Shown here piece after piece: positions 1 to 10,589 of a DNA stretch of 64,000 bases. The notes beneath the pieces were generated by a model. It saw only the letters and a program-made list of their open reading frames with translations. It made no database searches and was not told the origin of the DNA. Position 1 is the first letter of the stretch. The number at the start of each line of letters is the position of its first letter. The stretch spans positions 288,001-352,000 of the forward strand of contig JAVJNR010000008.1 of the NCBI GenBank assembly GCA_040217195.1, read 5' to 3'. The stretch is from Leptospiraceae bacterium. Its GTDB lineage: Bacteria; Spirochaetota; Leptospiria; Leptospirales; Leptonemataceae. A program made the position numbers and the translations under genes.

Positions 1-1
1 G

Positions 2-286
2 GATCCGGAGGACTATTATCTGGCTCGAGTATTCGCCGCAGGAATGCCCCCATTACTCCTGATCGATGAAGGAAATTACAGAATTCCTACAAGATCTGGC
101 ATTCCTCTGGGAATTTCCGAGGAGCTGGAGCAGCCTTCCCAGTCTCTGGAATGGGACAGAGGAGGTATTCTCCATTTTCATTCTGATATTTCCGGTATAG
201 TGAATATGGAATCCCTTCATCAGGACCTCATATCCTTCAATTTAGATAGTTATCCGGAAGCTTACCATGTCCGACTCAAATCCTGA
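2..286 (+). CDS. C-terminal fragment of a SpoIIE/PP2C-like (RsbU-type) domain protein, 5'-truncated by window edge
   Basis: Frame is open from base 2 (DPEDYYLARVFAAGMPPLLL...SGIPLGI...GGILHFHSD). This resembles the SpoIIE 'AGHPP...GxPLG...LLxTDG' pattern but is degenerate. Confidence 0.5.
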   Translation, partial: DPEDYYLARVFAAGMPPLLLIDEGNYRIPTRSGIPLGISEELEQPSQSLEWDRGGILHFHSDISGIVNMESLHQDLISFNLDSYPEAYHVRLKS

Positions 287-935
287 TTCTTTCTACCGAA
301 CTGCTCCGACCATACTTGTCATGGTCTTTTTCCTTCTTGGGGCCAGCTGCACTGAACTGAAGGTTCCACCCGTGGTGGCCCAGGGGTTTTTGATTTCTCC
401 TCCAGAGGAAGGACCTTCGGTAAGCATTCAATGGACCGGGGAAGGACTGGATGATTCTGAATGGATTCGATCCTATACTAACTACCGAGTCTTTTTCGAC
501 GATCTGGAAAATACCACTGGCTCCATTCGCGATTTATTGGAGCCAGGAATTCTACAGTCCATCCATCGTAGTGAAATGCGGCTGGCTGCAAATACTTCAG
601 CTACTGAGATGAATCGGGAGCTGTTTCAAAAGTATGGTACCGGTTCTGCCGATTGTACTTTGAAAATAGAAATCCAGGAAAAGAGTCTGTCGTATTTTCC
701 CCGCCGGGAATTCATTCAAACACCTGGAGGAATCCGTCCAGGACACATAGTTACCTACTTTGAATACTCCTATTGCCTGAACGATCGCTGCAAGAATTAC
801 AAGATTGAACGCACCATTCGTACACATACAGATGAAGCGGCGGCCCGGCTAGAAACCGAGGCCGGACTAGTCCTCAAGCAGATGCAAAGTGATGCGTATG
901 ATTTCCTGAGCAGCAGTACAGAATGCCAGAAATGA
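267..935 (+). CDS. hypothetical protein, probable lipoprotein
   Basis: 222-aa ORF overlapping the upstream stop; hydrophobic N-terminus ending in lipobox-like LGASC. Confidence 0.6.
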   Translation: MSDSNPDSFYRTAPTILVMVFFLLGASCTELKVPPVVAQGFLISPPEEGPSVSIQWTGEGLDDSEWIRSYTNYRVFFDDLENTTGSIRDLLEPGILQSIHRSEMRLAANTSATEMNRELFQKYGTGSADCTLKIEIQEKSLSYFPRREFIQTPGGIRPGHIVTYFEYSYCLNDRCKNYKIERTIRTHTDEAAARLETEAGLVLKQMQSDAYDFLSSSTECQK

Positions 936-1037
936 ATCTCATGAAAGGTTCCGGCACTGGACTTTAGAAGTAGCCGTCTGACGATTGACCTGGAAGTCTG
1001 GGAGCACGGCTAGTATTACCATCCCCGGAGTAATGAC

Positions 1038-1433
1038 ATGAGTATGCAGCAACCTATTCTAATGTGGAGCTCCCTGGCAATTGCAATCATACTGGGAGCC
1101 TTCGGTCAAATTCTAATGAAGGAAGCCATGAAAGCCGCAGGACCGGTTCCCCTGGATAGATCCACCGCCGAACTACTCCAGTACACCTTTGAAATCCTAA
1201 TTTCCTGGAGAGTATTGCTTCTGGGGCTTTGCTATGGAATAAGCATTCTATTGTGGCTTGGTGTACTTAGTGTTGCAGATCTAAGTATGGCACGGCCCAT
1301 CATGAGCGCTGGATATTTGATCACACTTGCCTATGGTATCTACATTGGTGAGCAGGTAACAACAGAAAGGATAGTCGGTACGTTTTTGATTATCGCAGGT
1401 CTTTTTTTCGTTGCGAAAAGCCAGAATGGATGA
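1038..1433 (+). CDS. small DMT/EamA (SMR, ArnE/F-like) membrane transporter
   Basis: 131 aa with 4 TM segments; motifs GQILMK, DLSMARP, GE-VT-RIVG; GGAG RBS upstream. Confidence 0.8.
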   Translation: MSMQQPILMWSSLAIAIILGAFGQILMKEAMKAAGPVPLDRSTAELLQYTFEILISWRVLLLGLCYGISILLWLGVLSVADLSMARPIMSAGYLITLAYGIYIGEQVTTERIVGTFLIIAGLFFVAKSQNG

Positions 1434-1447
1434 GATGCTAATTTGAA

Positions 1448-2482
1448 ATGAGAGCCGCAGTACTCGAAAAAGGAAATCCTGAACTAATCATCCGGGACGT
1501 GAACGAACCCGAGCTGGGCCCTGGTGAAGTCCGGGTCGCTGTAGAGGCCTGTGGTGTTTGCGGATCGGATTTACATATCACCCTTCATCCCATGATCCGG
1601 TTGAAACATTACCCGATCATTCCAGGCCATGAATCTGCAGGTCATATTCTTGAATGCGGAGAAGGCGTAACGGATCTAAAAAAAGGCCAACGAGTGGTCA
1701 TTTCTGCAGGAACGAGCTGCGGCAAGTGCCCTGCCTGTAAGGCCGGGCGAGAAAATCGTTGTCCAGAAGTTGGTGTACTTGGCTTCGATCGAGATGGTGC
1801 CTTTGCACAACAGATTGTTGTAGAAAGAAACAAGGTTTTTCCTCTGCCTGATTCCATTCCCATAGAGCAGGGAGCCATTCTGGCGGATGCGGTTTCCACA
1901 CCCTATCATGCCATACGCTTTGTAGGAGAAATGAAACCAGCCGAATCGGTGCTCATCGCAGGTTGCGGTGGTCTGGGGATCCATGGAGTGATGATTGCCG
2001 GAGCCCTAAAAGCGAACCGAATCCTTGCCCTGGATGTGGACGATGGAGCCCTTTCCAATGCCCGGAGAGCTGGAGCCCAGGAAACCTACAATGCACGGGA
2101 AATGAAGCGCACCATGCAGAAGATCCGGGCCGCCGGGGACCTGGATCTAATTGTGGATTTTAGTGGAGTCTATTCGAATGCAGAGTACCTGATTCGCGGA
2201 TTGCGCCCTGGAGGACGGTATGTTATGGTAGGCCTGGGAAAAGGGACCCTGGGCTTCTCCATGCCTCCCTATATGATTTACAAGGAGCTCTCCATAAGAG
2301 GAGCTTACGGTAGCGATTCACGCAGTATGCCAGAGCTCATAGAGCATTTACATAGCGGCCGGCTGGATCTGACCATGAGCATTACTTCCAGACATCCACT
2401 ATCCGAAATTAATCAATGTCTGCATAAACTGGATTCCAGAGATGAGAATCCAATCCGCTATATAATTGAACCCCAGAAATAA
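1448..2482 (+). CDS. zinc-binding alcohol dehydrogenase (MDR family)
   Basis: [11 protein letters not shown], structural Zn motif [15 protein letters not shown], Rossmann GCGGLG. Confidence 0.92.
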   Translation: MRAAVLEKGNPELIIRDVNEPELGPGEVRVAVEACGVCGSDLHITLHPMIRLKHYPIIPGHESAGHILECGEGVTDLKKGQRVVISAGTSCGKCPACKAGRENRCPEVGVLGFDRDGAFAQQIVVERNKVFPLPDSIPIEQGAILADAVSTPYHAIRFVGEMKPAESVLIAGCGGLGIHGVMIAGALKANRILALDVDDGALSNARRAGAQETYNAREMKRTMQKIRAAGDLDLIVDFSGVYSNAEYLIRGLRPGGRYVMVGLGKGTLGFSMPPYMIYKELSIRGAYGSDSRSMPELIEHLHSGRLDLTMSITSRHPLSEINQCLHKLDSRDENPIRYIIEPQK

Positions 2483-2508
2483 AGAATGCGAAAACACAGG
2501 GAGAATCT

Positions 2509-2811
2509 ATGGAACGGAAGAAACTTACCGAACAGGAAATTCAGGATGCATTGAAAGAGCTGAAGGACTGGGAAGAAAAGGATGGGAAGCTTTTCTGCGA
2601 AATTCAGTTTGAAGACTTCAATGAAGCCTTTTCCTTTATGGTAGGGGTGGCCATCCAGGCAGAGAAAATGGACCATCATCCAGAGTGGTTCAATGTGTAT
2701 AACAAGCTTAGAATCTGGCTGCACACACATGACATGGGTGGAATTACGCCTCTGGATGTGGAAATGGCCCGATTTATCCAGGCTCGTCAGGAGCTGATGG
2801 AAAGGGACTAA
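2509..2811 (+). CDS. phhB: pterin-4-alpha-carbinolamine dehydratase
   Basis: [16 protein letters not shown] and THDMGGIT-D signature motifs. Confidence 0.93.
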   Translation: MERKKLTEQEIQDALKELKDWEEKDGKLFCEIQFEDFNEAFSFMVGVAIQAEKMDHHPEWFNVYNKLRIWLHTHDMGGITPLDVEMARFIQARQELMERD

Positions 2812-3874
2812 TATCTTGAATGGCTTTGCAATCCGTCAAAGCCATGAGCAATCTTTCCAGACCCAGAGCTACGCCGGTACCGGATGGAAGTCCGTAATCC
2901 ATCCTTCTTAGAAATTGCTCGGGTAACACCGGTGCAGTACCGGTGAGTTCTTTCTTAAGCTTTGCCTCAGCCATCATTCGATTTCGTTGCTCGGTGGCAT
3001 CTTGAAGCTCGAAATAACCGTTGGCCAGTTCCAGGCCTTTCCAGAAAACTTCGAATCGTCTGGCTATGCCATTTCGTAGCTGTGCATAGGCGGACAGAGG
3101 TTCCGGGAATCCGTACACGGCGGTAATGTCATTCACAGAAAATGTCGGCTCTATGTAGTTTAAGAAGAGAGTGAAAAAGAATTCCTCGTAGTTTCGATTT
3201 CTAAATACCTCTGTTGTATCTGCTGCAAAATGCCCACGGTTCAAACAGTCATTCCTTAGCTCATGTTCGGTCAGGCCGGTGCCCAGAATACCACGGAATA
3301 GCTCATCCACGGAAATGATCTTCAGAGCTGGAATCCATGTCTGGACGAATCCGGATTTGTCTGAGAAGGAGCCTCCGGATTCTTGCTCCAATGAACCAGG
3401 CTCATCTATCCTTGTATTTCTAAGAGATTTACAACTCTCAAGGAGACTCTGGATAAGTTCGTAGATGAATTGAATACTCTGAAATTCATCCCTGGAGTTA
3501 TCGTACCATTCCAACATCAGAAATTCGCTGGAGTGAAGACTGCCATATTCTCCGCTGCGAAAGCAATGAGCAATTTCAAAGATATTCCGCTGAAGCCTGG
3601 ACCAGAGTATCTTCAGGTTGAATTCTGGACTGGTAATTAAGGCAGGCCAGATATCTGACTCAAATTCAGTAGAGGAATCCGGGGCGGCATTTACTTCCCG
3701 GGCTCCGGGTTGCGAAGATCGCACAAAGAAGGGATGCAAGAAAGGTTCTGGCGTGGACCAGCGGTTCAGAGCAGGGGTTTCTACTTCCAGAAAGGAGTGA
3801 CTTCTAAAATAGGATCGAATTTGCTGCAGATATTCGCTGCGAAGTTCAAGGATGTGCCCGTCCAGTTCGTTCAT
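2774..3874 (-). CDS. epmA: EF-P lysine aminoacylase (EpmA/GenX/PoxA), class II LysRS-like
   Basis: [58 protein letters not shown]; no anticodon-binding domain. Confidence 0.88.
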   Translation of the reverse strand: MNELDGHILELRSEYLQQIRSYFRSHSFLEVETPALNRWSTPEPFLHPFFVRSSQPGAREVNAAPDSSTEFESDIWPALITSPEFNLKILWSRLQRNIFEIAHCFRSGEYGSLHSSEFLMLEWYDNSRDEFQSIQFIYELIQSLLESCKSLRNTRIDEPGSLEQESGGSFSDKSGFVQTWIPALKIISVDELFRGILGTGLTEHELRNDCLNRGHFAADTTEVFRNRNYEEFFFTLFLNYIEPTFSVNDITAVYGFPEPLSAYAQLRNGIARRFEVFWKGLELANGYFELQDATEQRNRMMAEAKLKKELTGTAPVLPEQFLRRMDYGLPSGTGVALGLERLLMALTDCKAIQDISPFPSAPDEPG

Positions 3875-3940
3875 GTGATCTTGGCTTTCCTGGATTTCCT
3901 GGACTTTTTATGGTAACGAAAGAGCTTTCTGTAAGGAGAC

Positions 3941-5191
3941 TCAGTCCACCTCCAGAAATAGTTCCAGTTCCACATTTTCAGGCCTTAGATCATCCAGAGA
4001 CAGGGATGGTTCAAATTCATCCACTGAATAAACAATAGAAGGATTGGAATCCTCGGGGATACGTAGCAGCTCCAGATCATGCACTGAATCTAGAAATTGA
4101 ACCCCTCCATCCAGAGCTTTCCCCGGTCCGGGTACAGCAGGTTCCCGGTCCTTTTTATAAAGGATTCTACATTGAGGAACTTGCTCTATGCGCCCTTCTC
4201 GAACATCCACAAAGCAACCTTTCTGCTCGATTCGTTCCGGAGCTTCTTCGTCTTGATAAAGATAATGAATGCTTCGCAGTGCCACAGGAACTTTAAACTC
4301 CAGTCTATTGCTGGATGCTTTTCCGGGCTGAATCACAACCACTCTGGTTCCGTCCGAAAGATACGTCACAGTAAAGCCACCGGTTATCATGGGACTACCC
4401 ACACGTTGCCCTCGGCCGGAAGCAGGTAAAACCACTACCAGAGTTCTATTCATCTGCCGATTCCAGGAAATTCGATAAAGAATCGATCGATGCTCTTCCT
4501 GACCGGCTATAAAATTTGGGCCTTCAGAAAAGAAAACCGGTTCCAGACGTAGTCGGTCCCGATGGACGATCCAGAGTTCTCCTTTTACAAATGTCAGACC
4601 TCTCAGGACCCGGGACGGTGCCTCCAGACTGCCGGTACGCTTAAAGGTCTCAGGGTTGAATCGATGAATCATTCCCTGCTGCCCATCTGTGATCCAGATT
4701 TGACCGCGGTAGAAAGCTATGTCTCTGGCCTCATTGATCCCGGTCTGTCCGGAGTAAAGAATTCTGCCGGAATCCGGTGAGTACACGTGGACTTTGCCGT
4801 TTCCTTTTTCCAGCAAATAAACAACGCCCGGACCAAAGGCCATTCCGGCCACACGATCCACAGGCACCGAAAGACGATCCATTTGCTTGCCGGTCACAGG
4901 ACTGTAACGATAAAAAGCATTCCTGGAACCTGCATAAATGTAACCATCGAAGGGGGAGTACCGAATCCCATACAGGTAGCGATTGCCGTAGAAGTAGGCC
5001 TGCATTCGCCCTTTGTCATCGGCCCGGTAGATTTTCCGTCCGCTGAGCTCGGTGAACCAGAAATATTGACCGTCGTGGGCCAGACCATAAGGCACTCCGG
5101 GGATGGGAAAGCCCCTCTCTTCGGCAGAGAGCCCGGTGGCCAGAAAGGCCAGAGCGATGAGGAGTAGAGAACGCACTATCAGTGCAGGCAT
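3941..5191 (-). CDS. secreted beta-propeller protein (NHL/glutamine-cyclotransferase-like repeats), function unknown
   Basis: Signal peptide from MPALIVRS (ATG 5191); repeated GLAHDGQYFW / GMAFGPG / DIAFYRGQIW / GLTFVKGELW blades. Confidence 0.65.
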   Translation of the reverse strand: MPALIVRSLLLIALAFLATGLSAEERGFPIPGVPYGLAHDGQYFWFTELSGRKIYRADDKGRMQAYFYGNRYLYGIRYSPFDGYIYAGSRNAFYRYSPVTGKQMDRLSVPVDRVAGMAFGPGVVYLLEKGNGKVHVYSPDSGRILYSGQTGINEARDIAFYRGQIWITDGQQGMIHRFNPETFKRTGSLEAPSRVLRGLTFVKGELWIVHRDRLRLEPVFFSEGPNFIAGQEEHRSILYRISWNRQMNRTLVVVLPASGRGQRVGSPMITGGFTVTYLSDGTRVVVIQPGKASSNRLEFKVPVALRSIHYLYQDEEAPERIEQKGCFVDVREGRIEQVPQCRILYKKDREPAVPGPGKALDGGVQFLDSVHDLELLRIPEDSNPSIVYSVDEFEPSLSLDDLRPENVELELFLEVD

Positions 5192-5276
5192 GAAAGGTGG
5201 GAATAGCAATCTGGCGCTGAAATGCACAGGATTTTTTCCTTGCCTCAAAAGGCTTTTTTTCGTCTATTGATTTAGA

Positions 5277-6209
5277 ATGATTTTAAATCCGAAGAGATTT
5301 AAAATCGCCCAGGAGGATGCGGTGAAGGCAGAAAATGCAAAAACAAAGAAGCGAACCCGGACGCAGCAAGGTGCCGATTCAGACGCCAGCGACTCCATAC
5401 TGAACTGGTATCTAAATGAAATCCATAAAATTCCCATGCTCACAAGAGAGCAGGAGTTTGAAGTGGCCACAAAGGCCCGAGAAGCAGATCAGGAAGCACG
5501 GGATCTTCTTGTGCGGTCCAACCTTCGGTTTGTAGTAACGGTAGCCCGAAGATATCAATCCTATGGATTGAGTCTGATGGATCTGATCAATGAGGGTAAT
5601 CTGGGCCTGATCAAGGCTGCAGAGAGATTCAACCCGGATCGGGGCTTTCACTTCATCTCCTACGCTGTATGGTGGATCAAACAATCCATTCTATTTGCCA
5701 TCCAGCAGAAGTCCCATCTGATTCGTCTTCCTCTGAACCGAACCGCCGACCTGAGGCGAATTGAAGAGGCAGAGCGATGGATGGATAACCAGGATGATGT
5801 GGAATCCAATCTGGAAAACCTGGCCCAATATGTTGAAATGAAGCCGGAAGATCTGAATCATCTTCTGCGCATGAGCCGGGACCATTTAAGTCTGGATGCG
5901 CCATTCGCGGATGCAGAGGACTTTACTCTGGGAGAAAACATAGAAGATGATGGTGATCCCGGTCCCGAATATGCAATTGAGACAGATCAGCTAAAAACTG
6001 AAATCGAAGCCAGTCTGGATGAACTCACTCCAAGAGAGAGACGTGTGCTTACACTCCGGTTTGGCCTGGGCGATAGCCCGGTGTATTCGCTTCAGAAGAT
6101 TGGCAAAATGGTAGGACTCTCAAAAGAGAGGATCCGACAAATAGAAAAGAAAGCAATACGTAAGATTAGAACAGGTAAGTTCGGTCAAAAGCTGAACGCT
6201 TATCTGTAG
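5277..6209 (+). CDS. sigma-70 family RNA polymerase sigma factor (RpoD/RpoS-like, lacks region 1.1)
   Basis: Region 1.2 YLNEIHKIPMLT, region 2 SNLRFVV..DLINEGNLGLIKAAERF..YAVWWIKQ, region 4 SKERIRQIEKKA. Confidence 0.93.
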   Translation: MILNPKRFKIAQEDAVKAENAKTKKRTRTQQGADSDASDSILNWYLNEIHKIPMLTREQEFEVATKAREADQEARDLLVRSNLRFVVTVARRYQSYGLSLMDLINEGNLGLIKAAERFNPDRGFHFISYAVWWIKQSILFAIQQKSHLIRLPLNRTADLRRIEEAERWMDNQDDVESNLENLAQYVEMKPEDLNHLLRMSRDHLSLDAPFADAEDFTLGENIEDDGDPGPEYAIETDQLKTEIEASLDELTPRERRVLTLRFGLGDSPVYSLQKIGKMVGLSKERIRQIEKKAIRKIRTGKFGQKLNAYL

Positions 6210-6255
6210 CAGAAGACGGGGCAATCGCCCCATTACTCAGTCTGTTCCCAACCCT

Positions 6256-6280
6256 GGCGGCCTCCGGTCGCCTTTTTTTT
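6256..6280 (+). terminator. intrinsic terminator after sigma factor gene
   Basis: GGCGGCC-TCC-GGTCGCC hairpin followed by T8. Confidence 0.8.
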
Positions 6281-6318
6281 GAATTGAAACCAGGCCTCTG
6301 CTTTAACCTGCTGTTACC

Positions 6319-7428
6319 ATGCTCCGACTGGGTTTGTTGTTCTCTCCAATCATGGCTTTAATTCTGTTCCGGTATCCGGCTGTATCCATGGACCCGCTTC
6401 CGGCTCTGTCCCAGGTCGATAGCGCAGAGATTTCTGCTCCGGGCAATGTGATTTCCAGATTGGATTATCAGTTGCTCTGGAATCAGGAGGGTAAGCAAAA
6501 AATCTTTAAATCGTCTCGCATTCTGGCGCTTCCCGAAGAGGCGGCAGATCGCAAGATCTATGTACCTTTTGCAGGGCAGGGATATTTCCTGTTTCAGCGA
6601 ATGGGCAAGGAAATAGAACATCGCAGCTCCACCGGCGAACTATTCTGGCAGAGAGAAAGCTCCGCCTATCCGGTCTCCAGTCCCGATGGCGACATACTTC
6701 TTCTTATTACCGGTGACTCCAATCGAGTGGATGTGATGGATCGAAACGGAATTCTTGTAGAATCTTCTGTCCTTTCAGGTAGCTTACTTGTAGACTACAG
6801 CTTTTCCAGACCTGGAAAGGAGAAATCCGGAGCTTCTGCCCTGGTATTGTTTTCGGACGGTAGATTCTATCTTCTGGGAACCGCGGGCAAGCTTCTGTTT
6901 AGCGGTAGCGTTTCAGAAGAACCCATTTTTGCAAGAAGTGCAGCTCTTTCTGCGGATGGCACCAGTCTGGCTTTTCATTATGATCAGAACGGAAAGGATC
7001 GGGTGCAGGTGCTTCAGCTGGAGTTGACAGAGGAGGGAAACTCGGTCAATCGAAGCTTTGATATTGAACTGAAGAGCAATCATCCCTATACAATTTCAAT
7101 GCTGGTTCAGGATGATCTGGCATTGCTGGGCCCTCCCGGGGAAACCATAGCCATTCATTCAGGAGACATTGTTCTGGATCGTATCTATGAGGCTTCGCAG
7201 GATCCTTCTCTTCATAAGGCGATGGCCTGGATGGATGGTGCTTTCCTTATGCAGGAGCAAAGAAGAATGCTGATTCTGGATCAGGAAGGTCGGCTGCTGG
7301 GAACCTTTTCCATGCCTGAACTATATTCGGCAGGTAGATTGCTGCCCGCCAACAAAGGTCAGGCACTCTATCATAACCTGAGCGGCCAGATGAGACTGTT
7401 TCAACTGGAACCTGCATCTGTGGAATAG
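6319..7428 (+). CDS. hypothetical exported beta-propeller-like protein
   Basis: 369-aa ORF; N-terminal hydrophobic segment; repeated SPDG/SADG-type beta-strand units. Confidence 0.65.
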   Translation: MLRLGLLFSPIMALILFRYPAVSMDPLPALSQVDSAEISAPGNVISRLDYQLLWNQEGKQKIFKSSRILALPEEAADRKIYVPFAGQGYFLFQRMGKEIEHRSSTGELFWQRESSAYPVSSPDGDILLLITGDSNRVDVMDRNGILVESSVLSGSLLVDYSFSRPGKEKSGASALVLFSDGRFYLLGTAGKLLFSGSVSEEPIFARSAALSADGTSLAFHYDQNGKDRVQVLQLELTEEGNSVNRSFDIELKSNHPYTISMLVQDDLALLGPPGETIAIHSGDIVLDRIYEASQDPSLHKAMAWMDGAFLMQEQRRMLILDQEGRLLGTFSMPELYSAGRLLPANKGQALYHNLSGQMRLFQLEPASVE

Positions 7429-8354
7429 ATGGAGACTCCGCGATTTCTTACTTCCAGGTCAGCCAGTAGCATTCCAATGACTTCGGTACAGTGACCTGGC
7501 TGTATGTTGAATATTAAATGATCCAGGTTTTCCCGGCTAATAAACAATCCACGACCATGCTGATCGCCCAGGCCCACAGGTAATCCTTTTTCATCCAGAG
7601 TCACCTGTCTTTCCAGACGTCTGAGAATCTCGGACCGGTCCAGTCCACCTGTGAAGTCTCGGACCACCAGTATGCAGTAGTTGCGTACCACCCCGGCTTC
7701 CAGCTCCACACGGTTTTTGCCCGGTTCTGGAAGCCGGCCGTAAACCATGGCATTGCTCATAAGTTCTTCCAGAATTTGACGCACCAGGGTTGGAGCCCCT
7801 CCACGACCCAGTAGCTCGGTGGCCAGATCACAGGCTCTATCCTTTTCTTCCGGGGTTTCTATGGAAAGCCTGTAAAGCTTTCCTGTTTCTGGACTGAATT
7901 GCTCATCCTTTAAAAGACGATGCATGGTAGCAAAGCTGCAGTGCTCCACAACACATTCTGGAAAGTATTCAGCGACGCCGAAGATGCGCTTATAGAGGAG
8001 CTTCTGGATCATTACATGGATGAAGTGCAGGTCCAGAAATGTAGACTTGGGAATAATATTCCAGATCTTTAATTCCCGGGCATATCGCACATAGTCATTG
8101 ATATCGTAAGCAGTCATCAAAGCAAATGGCCTATTAGGATACTCTTTGCGAAACAGTTCGATTAGTTCCAGCCCACCCATCTGAGGCATTCGAATGTCTG
8201 TTAGAAGGAAATCCACTCTCTTGTTCTGGCAGACTTCCCAGGCATCAGCTCCATCGGCAGCCTGCATTACTTCAAAATGAAAAGAAAGATAATCCGCTAT
8301 GGCCGTGCGGATAGAGGGAATATCATCAACGATCAATACCGACTGTTGCTTCAT
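7401..8354 (-). CDS. response regulator: REC domain plus C-terminal RsbW-like GHKL (HATPase) domain
   Basis: REC motifs IVDD, TDIRMP, MTA, PK; C-terminal EELMSNAMVYG, VRDFTGG, HGRGLFI. Confidence 0.85.
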   Translation of the reverse strand: MKQQSVLIVDDIPSIRTAIADYLSFHFEVMQAADGADAWEVCQNKRVDFLLTDIRMPQMGGLELIELFRKEYPNRPFALMTAYDINDYVRYARELKIWNIIPKSTFLDLHFIHVMIQKLLYKRIFGVAEYFPECVVEHCSFATMHRLLKDEQFSPETGKLYRLSIETPEEKDRACDLATELLGRGGAPTLVRQILEELMSNAMVYGRLPEPGKNRVELEAGVVRNYCILVVRDFTGGLDRSEILRRLERQVTLDEKGLPVGLGDQHGRGLFISRENLDHLIFNIQPGHCTEVIGMLLADLEVRNRGVSIYSTDAGSS

Positions 8355-9487
8355 CCATCCACCTCGCTACGACGGTGAGGGAGGGATACAAAAAAGCGGG
8401 TGCTCTTACCGCTGGTGCGAACTGTCAACCGGCCATTATGTTCTCGTACAATACCGAGAGAAATGGAAAGCCCCAGGCCGGTGCCCCTTCCTCCAGCTGA
8501 TTGGCTGTAGAACGGAACAAAGACCCGGCGAATTTGATCTTCAGGAATTCCACCTGCATCATCTTCTACGATCATATGCACATATCTGGGTGAGGTTCGC
8601 ACTTCCACACGAATCTCACCTGGAGAATAATCATAGGCCTGCAGAGAATTCCTGAACAAATTGATAAGAAGTCTTTCAATCTTTTCCTGGTTGAAATAGA
8701 ATATGACCGTGTCTTCCTCTGAATTTAGATTCCAGTGGATTCGCCTGGAAAGTACCGGATAAAGTCTCACAGTGTTGGCCTGAGCTCTCTGAATGACTCG
8801 AAGCAGGTCACCTCTGTTCCTGGTCAGATTTCCTGGCCGGGCCAGCCCCAGAATATCCGAAACGATTCGAGCCGCCTGGCGCAAATCCTTCTGAAGAATC
8901 TGCAATCGATGCAGCACTTCACGGCTTTCCATAGTCGTGAGATTGGCTTCCAGGTTCTGCAATGTGAGTCCCATTCCTGTAAGCGGGTTGTTCAGCTCAT
9001 GTGCAATTCCACTGATCATCGTGCCCAGGCTGGCCAGATTTTCCATTCTCAGAGCCTCTTCTTGTTGCTCCCTTTGCCTGGTTATATCCTCTACGATTTC
9101 CACCATGCGGACTCGGACGGTCTGGCCCAGTATGAAATTCAATTTGAAAGTCAGTTCCCCTTGAAGTCCTGGATGATGTATTATTTTCTCTTCCGTTGGG
9201 GTTTCGGCCCAGCCTTCCTCGGTCGGCTCTTCTCTGGGTCCAGACAGAGGCGGTGGATTCCATTCGTTTTCCAGCGGGCAGAACGGGCAGACTGAGTCCC
9301 GGTTATGGATCAGTCTGTAGCATGGCTGTCCGATGGCTTCCTTGTATCTATCCTGACCGGACAGTCGAAGAGCGGATTTGTTCAGCCGGACAATCCGGTA
9401 GGCCCCATCAATGGCAAACGTAGCTGCAGGCTGGGAATCCAGAATGGCTTCTGTTTCGTCCAGACGTAGTTCGGTGAATTCGGACAC
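8351..9487 (-). CDS. PAS-domain sensor histidine kinase (cytoplasmic)
   Basis: PAS with CYRLIHNRDSVCPFCP; H-box IAHELNNPL; N-box NLFRNS; DDAGGI; GTGLGL. Overlaps the response regulator by 4 bp. Confidence 0.92.
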   Translation of the reverse strand: MSEFTELRLDETEAILDSQPAATFAIDGAYRIVRLNKSALRLSGQDRYKEAIGQPCYRLIHNRDSVCPFCPLENEWNPPPLSGPREEPTEEGWAETPTEEKIIHHPGLQGELTFKLNFILGQTVRVRMVEIVEDITRQREQQEEALRMENLASLGTMISGIAHELNNPLTGMGLTLQNLEANLTTMESREVLHRLQILQKDLRQAARIVSDILGLARPGNLTRNRGDLLRVIQRAQANTVRLYPVLSRRIHWNLNSEEDTVIFYFNQEKIERLLINLFRNSLQAYDYSPGEIRVEVRTSPRYVHMIVEDDAGGIPEDQIRRVFVPFYSQSAGGRGTGLGLSISLGIVREHNGRLTVRTSGKSTRFFVSLPHRRSEVDG

Positions 9488-9523
9488 GATCCAAGGCTGA
9501 AGCCATGTCGATCAGGCACAAAT

Positions 9524-9551
9524 AAAAAAGGCCAGCACGAAGCTGGCCTTT
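9524..9551 (-). terminator. intrinsic terminator after FcpB-like gene
   Basis: AAAGGCCAGC-N5-GCTGGCCTTT hairpin with a T-run on the minus strand. Confidence 0.8.
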
Positions 9552-9599
9552 ATCGTTCTCCAGGGGCCCCGTACGGGGCGTTTCAGGAGGATTCGCCTA

Positions 9600-10520
9600 T
9601 CAATAGGAGTTGTGGTCTTTCATATAATCGATAATTGTTTCGTTATATTTCTGACCATCCTTCTTGGAGTAACCATCCACCAGACGGTATAGCATGTTAA
9701 AATGATCCATCAGCTTTACGTAGAACTTCTGCTTGAATTTGTTTCGAAGCGGAAAGTTCGCCGTGTTATGCATGGTTCCCAGAACAACTGTATTGGGCAC
9801 TTTCTGATTGTAGCGGTGGAAGATATAAACGTCGTCCATGTTAGGAGTGTCCGGAGAAGGATCATAGATCACTTCCACGTTCTTGATTCCCATTTTGAAG
9901 TCGTCTTCCACGAGTCTGGTTACCACAGCATCCAGCTTCCAGGCCTGCTCAGCATCTGCCGCTCCTCCGGAAGGAGTGAAGAATAGAGTTACACTCTTTC
10001 TCACAGATCCAATGGCTTCTCGCTCCGGACCTTCACTGTAAATGAAGCCGAATTGTGTGAGCTCAATTCCATCCCGGTTTCCAAAGTTCAATGGCTGCAC
10101 CTGAAGACCAGCTGCCTGCGCTCTTTGAGCCTGGGTTTGAATTTGCTGCTGCAGAGTTTCTGGATCACCCAGTCCAACCAGCAGGAAAGGGGCGCTTTCC
10201 TTTACATAGCGAATGTAGGTATTTCTAGGAGTGAATTTGATATTACGAAATGTGTTTTTGAAATCGTAAGGATCCGCTTCTTCTTTCTGCTTGAGAATAC
10301 GGTCTTCCTTGGCCATGGGGACAAGGTGGCCAAACCCTCGAATTCGAGTGTAGGCATTCTGGATGTTAGCGTCCAGATTCTCTTCCGTTTTCTGCAGAGC
10401 TGGAAAGTTATCATTCTCGTATTTTACATCAACGAGAGAAGGGTCCTCCGCGCTCAATTGGGTTGTGATCAGAGCCGAGGCCCCAACCAGAATTAAAATC
10501 CTTTTCCAATGCTTGTTCAT
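9600..10520 (-). CDS. secreted protein related to leptospiral flagellar-coiling protein FcpB (probably LIC_12096-like family)
   Basis: Signal peptide; C-terminus NTANFPLRNKFKQKFYVKLMDHFNMLY...Y resembles the FcpB C-terminus as I recall it; lies between secG and a kinase/regulator pair. Confidence 0.6.
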   Translation of the reverse strand: MNKHWKRILILVGASALITTQLSAEDPSLVDVKYENDNFPALQKTEENLDANIQNAYTRIRGFGHLVPMAKEDRILKQKEEADPYDFKNTFRNIKFTPRNTYIRYVKESAPFLLVGLGDPETLQQQIQTQAQRAQAAGLQVQPLNFGNRDGIELTQFGFIYSEGPEREAIGSVRKSVTLFFTPSGGAADAEQAWKLDAVVTRLVEDDFKMGIKNVEVIYDPSPDTPNMDDVYIFHRYNQKVPNTVVLGTMHNTANFPLRNKFKQKFYVKLMDHFNMLYRLVDGYSKKDGQKYNETIIDYMKDHNSY

Positions 10521-10589
10521 AGTTCCGTCCCTGGATATTTGGCGTCCCTCTTATTATAGGACAGTTAAAACCGGAAATTTACTCCCTGC

